Positions 57,436 through 64,000 of a stretch of DNA of 64,000 nucleotides are shown piece by piece. The notes beneath the pieces were generated by a model that was not told the origin of the DNA, did not search any database, and saw only the letters and a program-made list of their open reading frames with translations. The DNA is from Thermoplasmatota archaeon (GTDB lineage Archaea; Thermoplasmatota; E2; JACPAO01; JAHFTW01): NCBI GenBank assembly GCA_041601615.1, contig JBFIHX010000002.1, positions 286,840 to 350,839 of the forward strand. Reading direction: 5' to 3'. A program made the position numbers and the translations under genes. Within the stretch, counting starts at the first letter, position 1. Each line of letters opens with the position of its first letter.

Positions 57436-60400
57436 CAGATCGTGCCACCTGTCTCGAATCCAATGTAGGCGGAGTCCACATCGGAAGCGGTGATGGTGAC
57501 GCCTTGTACCGTATGGGAGAGGCCGCGGGCGGTCACTTTGACCCAGCCTTCGGTGAATCGGAGGTAGTTCACGGCGGTTTGACTCTCCTGGTAGGTCAGG
57601 GTGCTGGAGCCAAGCTTCATGGTCGCGCCATTGGCTTGGGTAGGTCCGTTGCCTCCGATGCGGTACGTCAGATCCACAGGCTGGTGCACTTTGGTCGTGA
57701 TTGCCGGCCAGACATCGAAGTTTTCGGTCTCCGTGGGGTCCTCGTAGGTTCCGGCACTTCGAACTTGCACTTCCGGCGGCTCGACGCCACGTTTGTATCC
57801 AGTTGGAACAAGTAGCGTCGGTTCCAGTTGGGTCCAGGAGGCAGCAGGGAGCCCACCAATCAGCTCGGCGTCCGTATCGATGCCCATGGGCGGTTGGACC
57901 GAGGAATCGTACTCGACGACGAGATCTCCATAGTACACATCGTAGGCAAACACATTGGTGGTACCACTGCTGGTGCCGGCCCCGGGGTGGAATGTGGTGA
58001 TGAGCGGCGATTCTTCCTCGTCCACGGTGACAACCCATCGGGCCGCTTCGAGTACGGCCGAACCGTTGTGCGCCCAGGTCGCCGAGACGGTGACGGGCAA
58101 TCCTTGGCCCACGTTGGCAACCTCGGCGCCGGCCATGACCTCATACTGAAGGTGTGTGAACACGAAGGATTGGTTCATGTGGTCCATGCCTTCGAAGACG
58201 GTCAAGGCATTGCCCAGTGTCTCGTCGCTGTAATCCAGTGTGGTGGCCTGCGGTGTAGTGGCTTGGGTGACGACAACAAAGCGATCGAACGCATCCGCCT
58301 GTTGGGGGTTGATGGTGAATTCGTACGTGCCAAACAATCCCTCTGTGGCCGTTTCCAGCACGGTTCCGTCCTCAGGATCAACAAGATCGACTGCCAGATT
58401 GGAAGCGACGGAGCCATCGTGGCCCCAGGTGGCTTCCACGATGTACTTGACTTCGCTGTCGTCGTTGCTCCAGAGTGTCTGGGACGAGTGGTTCGGCATG
58501 GTGCCGCCGGTGCTGGTGGCTTCCTTGAACGCAAGCACGACGTTGGTGCGTACCACTTGCTGGGCTTCCTGGTCTTGCAGCACCATCAGCCCGGCGTCGT
58601 CGATTTGCAAGGCCGACTTGAGTCGAAGGTTGTAGGTTCCCACCGTTTCCAGGTCTGCGGAGGCGACGGTGGCGCTCCAGGTTTCATCCACGTCCGAGTA
58701 GGTGAAGGCTGCCTCAACCGGCGTGATGACCTCTGCATCATTCTCGTCAAGCGAGACCGCGACGAGGCTGAAGGCGTCCTGGGGATTGGGCAACGGGCGG
58801 CCGGAGTAGGACCGTGGCTGCGCATCGATGTTGCTGAGTCGAGACGTGTCCGTGGTGGCAAAGGAGTAGACGAAGTCGTCCGTTACCGTCGCCAAGGGGG
58901 CTCCCGTCACGGTCGCTTGGAAACGCATTTCCACGTCCTCGCCCACGATGGAGTAGGAATCGGCCAGCAGGTCGCCGCCCTCGGTGCCAACCACATCCAT
59001 TGCAACCCAAGCGCGTGATCGCGTGGCACTGTCGCGCACATCGATGCTCTTGGCGTTGCCCATGCCGTCCACCACTTCATGGTCCGGGCCGGTGGCTATG
59101 ATTTGCTTCACGCCCTCGAGATTGCTGAATGTAGAGACCGTGCCGGAGGTCGAATACGGTACGAGGTTGGCCTTGACGCCATCCAACTTGACGTCGAAGT
59201 GAACGCCATCCAGGCTTCGATCGGCAAGCGACATGGGTTCGCCGGCGGCGTCGTTGGCGTGCGCCCAGTACGCGTGGGAGGTGAACTCGATGGAATCGCC
59301 GGGAAGCGCAATCAGTTCGTTGCCTTCCAAATCGAGTTGAATCGCGCTCCACAGGTGGTCCATGTCCAAGGTCCCATTCTCAGGTACGATGCCGTGCGGC
59401 GGGTCGATAATGGCCGGGCTCATGTGGTGCCAACCGGCCTCGTCGATATTGCTGGGGCCGGTGAACGAGAACGTGTGTTGGAGGTCGCCAAGCGACACTG
59501 CGAATGTGCTCGTGGTGGTGGTTGCATCCGGCGCCACGGTCGACTTGGTGAGCGTCATCGTGGATGTTCTCGGCGTGGTTGCAACAGCGCCAAGGTCATG
59601 GCCCCAGTGCGCTGTGAATTCGAGGTCCACGGGGTCGCCAAGGTTGTGCAGGTCCGAGGCAGCGGCCACATCCATGACCAGCGACGTCCACAGCAATTCC
59701 TTCGAGAACGTCTCGGTGGTCTTGGTGATGATCTGATCGCCGTCCGGTTCTAGGCCGCTGACAACTCCGAAGGTCACGTCGTGGACCGAGTGACGCAGAA
59801 GCGCATCCGAGCCCGAAAGTTCCGGGTCAAGGACGAACTGGACGCACCCGGAAAGCTGGCATGTGAAGGTGGATTGCGAGGACGTGACCGGTGCCGTGCG
59901 GACCGGGGTGGTGTCGCCGTCGAGGAACATGCCAATGACACTGCCGTCGGGGAGGCCCAAACCATCGTGCGTGTAGGTGGCCCTCAGCTCGAGTGTTACT
60001 TCGTCGCTGCCGTCTTTGGCCTGGATCCACCAGCGATCTGCCGCCGATTCGTCACCGTCGGCGGGATTGCCGGAGGGGGGAGCAGGGTCAAACAGGTCGC
60101 GCAGCGTTGTGCCGTCGACAGAGTCGTCCACGTACGCTATGTCCACAGAGGTCCAAAGGACCGAGAAAGTGGCTCCGTATGGTTGATCCGTCGACGGGTC
60201 CGAAACGTGCGCATCGCCGCCCGCAGGTGAGTGCCCACTTGGAAGGATCAGGAAATCGTGGCTGCCCGGCACCGTGAGGCCCAGCGCAGCGTCCGTCGGA
60301 TCGATGTCGAACGTCGTGCGGCCGTCGGCGTCACTGTCTCCCGGAACCAATGTTTCCAGGAGGTTCCAGGTGCTGGTGGTTCCAACGACCTCTCGAACGT

Positions 60401-62426
60401 ACACATCCGCCGAGGCGCCTTGAATCGGGACGCGTTCGTAGTCGGTGCCGTCGTCGGCGCCGCTTGGGTGGTTGGAGGTCCAATCCAGGTCCAAGTCGAC
60501 TGTCACGGCGTCGTCGTCGTTGAGGAATGTGGCGTCCGGAGTTGCAGTCGCAACCGCCGCGAGCCAACGGAACGTGGCGACCGTGTCCGTGTTGCCAGCG
60601 GAAATGGTGAACACGCTTGCCGGGTCATTCGCTCCATTGCTGAAGGCCGCAAGCGCGGTATCTAGGGTGACCTCGACGGTCGTGGGTTTGGAGGGTGTGG
60701 CAGCATGGAGGCTGTAGGTGCCCGGCGTACCGGAATCGGCCGCGACGGTCAGGACCACTGGGCTAGAACCAAGCAGCGGATCGGCGCCGTTGGCAGTGCT
60801 TACGACTTGTGAGAACGTAATGTCGTTCTCTGCGTCCTCAACAGCGTCCCCGCCTTCCCAAATCAGGGAAAAGGTCGAAGTGGTGTCCACGCCCACCAGG
60901 GAATCGGGAGCGTCTGCAAAGTCGTTGACGATGATGCGGGCCCACTGGGCCACGAGGTCGAGGGTGGGAGCGTTCACAAAAACATCTCCTCCCGTGGTGC
61001 CCACTGCCGTGAGCGTGAAGGTCGTCTCGGCCACGACATCCGAGGAAACAGCGAACGTTGCAAGTCCGTCCGCGTCGGTCGACACGGTTTGGATGCTGGT
61101 GCCGGCTTCGCTCAATTCTACTTCCACATCCGGCAATGCATCGCCAGTGTTGGGGTCACGAATGACAGCCGAGAACGTGATGTCGGTGCCTGTCTGCACA
61201 AACAAATCGTCGGCGAAGGCCAGCAGGTCCACATCGCCGGAAGCACCGGAGCCGCTCGGTGCCAGGGTAATGGCGCCGAATTCTTGGGTCTTGGTGGCGC
61301 CTCCGAGGTCGGTCGCTGTGAATGTAAAGGTGTACGTGCCACCTTGCGCCGTGGTGCGCTCGAAATGGTAGGTGGTCTCAAGCAAATCCGTCGGGTCCGC
61401 GGGGATAACAAGATCGTGAACTTCCGAGGGGTCAAGGTCTCCGCCCGTGATGGTAAGCTGTGCAGAGGCTAGGCCCATGGCCAAGTCCTGTGCCGACATC
61501 CTCACCGGGACGTACAGCCCAGAACTGTCGGATAGGAACTCATCGGGGCCCACGATGCTGTCCGAGCCCATGGTCGGCAGTTCCAAGGTCGCGGTGTCCA
61601 CGATGGTGTCGATGGTGAACTCCATGCGCGTTTCGTCGGTGGGGTGGCCTAGGCTATCGTCGACGATGATTCTAGCGTAGTGGGTGCCTTGGCCAACGTT
61701 TGCGATGCTAAACTTCTCGGTGCCAGTGGCAGTAAGGTGGTCGAGGGGGCGGGAAATGGAACTCGTGAAGAGGGGGTTGTCGGCCAAATCCAGCCTCGCG
61801 TAGGTGGGATCACCTTCGTTGATGGTGTATGCTATTTCCAGCTCATCCTCATTGCCTTGTCCTGCGTGATCCGTTTGCTCAGTAAAGGTCAGAAACCCAT
61901 CATCGTCGTCATCAGCAGGTACGGTGAGCGTCGAAGGGGCAACGACGGTATCGGCGCGGAGGTTGATGGTGGCGGAACCGCTGATTAAGTCGGTGGCGGT
62001 GTCGAAGGGTGCGTCGCTGATATCGAGGGGGTCGGGTTCGATGAGGAGAAATTGGGCAGTCCAGGTGACTGGAGTGGAATCCTCAACGCCTACAGCGGGC
62101 TCAAAAGTAAGGGGAATAGTCTCTGATGTTGAGTCAAGTTGAACTGATCTATAGACTCCCCCATTAAATGAGGCACAACCGGTGCATGAAACCTTCATGT
62201 CTGTATTTGTATTTGGTGTAAACTTAAAATAACCATTTGGTATAATACCTGGAATTACTTCCAAATCTATAATGGTTTCGCCAATGATGGTTAAATCAGT
62301 AATATTTTCCGCTGCTGCACCCATATAGAAATTAAAGCTTCCGCTATGTCCATCGGCCGCTACAATTGGAATCGATGATATAATAAAAATGAGGGGCAGC
62401 GCCAATGGAGCATATTTACTTTTCAT
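57435..62426 (-). CDS. Very large acidic secreted Ig-like/S-layer-type protein
   Basis: Signal MKSKYAPLALPLIF..VAA, GGTGA upstream, D/T-rich beta repeats, STDADGLATF. Confidence 0.8.
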   Translation of the reverse strand: MKSKYAPLALPLIFIISSIPIVAADGHSGSFNFYMGAAAENITDLTIIGETIIDLEVIPGIIPNGYFKFTPNTNTDMKVSCTGCASFNGGVYRSVQLDSTSETIPLTFEPAVGVEDSTPVTWTAQFLLIEPDPLDISDAPFDTATDLISGSATINLRADTVVAPSTLTVPADDDDDGFLTFTEQTDHAGQGNEDELEIAYTINEGDPTYARLDLADNPLFTSSISRPLDHLTATGTEKFSIANVGQGTHYARIIVDDSLGHPTDETRMEFTIDTIVDTATLELPTMGSDSIVGPDEFLSDSSGLYVPVRMSAQDLAMGLASAQLTITGGDLDPSEVHDLVIPADPTDLLETTYHFERTTAQGGTYTFTFTATDLGGATKTQEFGAITLAPSGSGASGDVDLLAFADDLFVQTGTDITFSAVIRDPNTGDALPDVEVELSEAGTSIQTVSTDADGLATFAVSSDVVAETTFTLTAVGTTGGDVFVNAPTLDLVAQWARIIVNDFADAPDSLVGVDTTSTFSLIWEGGDAVEDAENDITFSQVVSTANGADPLLGSSPVVLTVAADSGTPGTYSLHAATPSKPTTVEVTLDTALAAFSNGANDPASVFTISAGNTDTVATFRWLAAVATATPDATFLNDDDAVTVDLDLDWTSNHPSGADDGTDYERVPIQGASADVYVREVVGTTSTWNLLETLVPGDSDADGRTTFDIDPTDAALGLTVPGSHDFLILPSGHSPAGGDAHVSDPSTDQPYGATFSVLWTSVDIAYVDDSVDGTTLRDLFDPAPPSGNPADGDESAADRWWIQAKDGSDEVTLELRATYTHDGLGLPDGSVIGMFLDGDTTPVRTAPVTSSQSTFTCQLSGCVQFVLDPELSGSDALLRHSVHDVTFGVVSGLEPDGDQIITKTTETFSKELLWTSLVMDVAAASDLHNLGDPVDLEFTAHWGHDLGAVATTPRTSTMTLTKSTVAPDATTTTSTFAVSLGDLQHTFSFTGPSNIDEAGWHHMSPAIIDPPHGIVPENGTLDMDHLWSAIQLDLEGNELIALPGDSIEFTSHAYWAHANDAAGEPMSLADRSLDGVHFDVKLDGVKANLVPYSTSGTVSTFSNLEGVKQIIATGPDHEVVDGMGNAKSIDVRDSATRSRAWVAMDVVGTEGGDLLADSYSIVGEDVEMRFQATVTGAPLATVTDDFVYSFATTDTSRLSNIDAQPRSYSGRPLPNPQDAFSLVAVSLDENDAEVITPVEAAFTYSDVDETWSATVASADLETVGTYNLRLKSALQIDDAGLMVLQDQEAQQVVRTNVVLAFKEATSTGGTMPNHSSQTLWSNDDSEVKYIVEATWGHDGSVASNLAVDLVDPEDGTVLETATEGLFGTYEFTINPQQADAFDRFVVVTQATTPQATTLDYSDETLGNALTVFEGMDHMNQSFVFTHLQYEVMAGAEVANVGQGLPVTVSATWAHNGSAVLEAARWVVTVDEEESPLITTFHPGAGTSSGTTNVFAYDVYYGDLVVEYDSSVQPPMGIDTDAELIGGLPAASWTQLEPTLLVPTGYKRGVEPPEVQVRSAGTYEDPTETENFDVWPAITTKVHQPVDLTYRIGGNGPTQANGATMKLGSSTLTYQESQTAVNYLRFTEGWVKVTARGLSHTVQGVTITASDVDSAYIGFETGGTI

Positions 62427-62707
62427 GAATGCCTCACCAATTGGCCCAAACCTATCGCATTCCATTCGCAACAACACCATTTCATTGATGTCCAAGACCA
62501 AGGGCGTGTTAATGCTGTTTTGGTCCATCCCTATTGGCTCGAAGTTGGTGATGTGGCTGGGTTGATTGAGAACACAATCGAGCCAAGCGCAAATCGCTCA
62601 AAGCGGGAGGGCGTATTGGAGAAGGGGGCGAGCAATTACAATACGTCATAGAGTTCAATTTCCCTGAAGAAAACTGCAATGATTACAATATAATGAATAC
62701 CAGGGGA

Positions 62708-63547
62708 TCATGGAATATTAAAGGCTCCATCATTAAGATGAGTATTCACACCATATAAATAAATCAGATATCTCCCATCTGGTTTTTTACAAACATATAC
62801 TCTTTGGCTTCTATCCGTGTCCTCGCACGAAGTCTCCCACGGCCTCGTATCCCTCTCATCATTCGGATCCCGCCCAGCAGCCTCCTCCACGTCGTCGGGT
62901 ACACTGTCGCGGTCAGAATCCACAAACGGCTTGCTCGGGTCATCTGCGTCCGCCACGGGGCCCATGAGGTCTTCGAGGTCGTTGGAGTAGCGGTCGCCGT
63001 CGCGGTCGGGGTCGCATTCGTCCGGGGTGCCGTCGCCGTCTTGGTCGTTGGGGCTTTCGTTGCCGGTGCACGTGTATTCTGTTGCGAAGGGTGGTGCGTC
63101 CGAGCATGCCTCGCTGCCACTGGCTGAGTACGTCCAGCAGACCTTCACGGCTTCGGTGCCTGTCGTGTTGAATTCGGGGGAAGTCGGAACGGGGCAGGTG
63201 CTGGGACAGAGAAGCAACGGAACAACGGTTCCAAGCACGGGGACGGTCAGGTTCTCTTGCAATGGCCCGATGGAACTTGGATCATCTGCGTGCGACCAGA
63301 AGGTCACGTTCACGCCGGGCGAGGAGATTGTGACTACGATTGGCATGTTCTGAGTGATCGGGCCGACGCAGAGAATCAGGCCAAGGGGGTCGCAGACCAG
63401 GGCGATGGTGAGTGCAGGCGGCGTTGATTCCTCCAACGGTGCGAGCAGTTGTTCATCAAAATCGGGCTCGACGTGACTTGCTTGAGCCAATGGGGAAAGA
63501 AGGAATAGGGTGAGCCAGGCGGCAACAATCACTTTGATTGAGTGCAT
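62708..63547 (-). CDS. Secreted protein with TSP3-like Ca-binding repeats
   Basis: Signal; DQDGDGTPDECDPDRDGD, DSDRDSVPD. Confidence 0.75.
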   Translation of the reverse strand: MHSIKVIVAAWLTLFLLSPLAQASHVEPDFDEQLLAPLEESTPPALTIALVCDPLGLILCVGPITQNMPIVVTISSPGVNVTFWSHADDPSSIGPLQENLTVPVLGTVVPLLLCPSTCPVPTSPEFNTTGTEAVKVCWTYSASGSEACSDAPPFATEYTCTGNESPNDQDGDGTPDECDPDRDGDRYSNDLEDLMGPVADADDPSKPFVDSDRDSVPDDVEEAAGRDPNDERDTRPWETSCEDTDRSQRVYVCKKPDGRYLIYLYGVNTHLNDGAFNIP

Positions 63548-64000
63548 GAAAAGCTAATAGAAACCTTAGATTATATAATTTATGGTGATAAAAAGCCATA
63601 TTATAGTTAATTAATATCATGCATTAGCTTAAATAACATAATTTCACGAGCACATAGGGTGAAGTAATATTATGGGATATCAAATGTATCCTCATCCAAG
63701 ATAGTAATCCCTCCGAATGCAATGACCCAATATCTACCGTCAGGCCTTTTACACACATATGCCCCTTGTGATTTATCAGTATCTTTACAAGAAGTCTCCC
63801 ACGGTCTCGTATCTCTCTCATCATTCGGATCCCGCCCAGCAGCCTCCTCCACGTCGTCCGGGGCACTGTCGCGGTCGGAATCCACAAACGGCTTGTTCGG
63901 GTCATCTGCGTCTGCCACGGGTCCCATGAGGTCTTCGAGGTCGTCGGAGTAGCGGTCTCCGTCGCGGTCGGCGTCACACTCGTCCGGGATGCCGTCGCCG
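62829..64000. repeat. ~210-bp direct repeat (62829-63038 / 63791-64000) shared by tandem paralogs
   Basis: Constant offset of 962; scattered substitutions. Confidence 0.88.
63670..64000 (-). CDS. Paralog of 62708-63547, partial (5' end beyond the window)
   Basis: Same TSP3 block and PWETSC..VCK.PDGRY tail. Confidence 0.75.
   Translation of the reverse strand, partial: GDGIPDECDADRDGDRYSDDLEDLMGPVADADDPNKPFVDSDRDSAPDDVEEAAGRDPNDERDTRPWETSCKDTDKSQGAYVCKRPDGRYWVIAFGGITILDEDTFDIP

Noticed and set aside
62829-64000. DGR template/variable repeat pair
   Set aside because: Mismatches are not adenine-specific, both copies are coding, and no reverse transcriptase is in the window.

Overview
GC-rich archaeal chromosome segment. 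Evidence: archaeal-type ribC/ribL, rpS17e, RFC large subunit, Rpo6/RpoK-rpS2 and ftsZ; the gene style suggests Thermoplasmatota (inference). Housekeeping genes fill ~1-25.4 kb; transport, membrane and large surface-protein genes fill ~37.8-64 kb. The main finding is a 12,278-bp element at 25496-37773, inserted just upstream of ftsZ. It has 15-bp terminal inverted repeats (ACGAGCGTTTCAAAA / TTTTGGAACGCTCGT, 1 mismatch) and a perfect 9-bp target-site duplication (CTGGGAGGT). It carries one tightly coupled operon with a double jelly-roll-like major capsid protein, an FtsK/A32-like packaging ATPase and membrane/spike proteins, ending in a SWIM-DDE (IS4/IS5-like) transposase. It also encodes an RNase H-like protein, AbrB and RHH regulators, and a tRNA with a Leu (UAA) anticodon on a Ser-like body. 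No tyrosine integrase, polymerase or Rep is recognisable, so it looks like a transposable tailless (DJR) archaeal provirus, a Mu- or Polinton-like analogue. All protein-family calls come from motif recognition by eye; no database searches were run.
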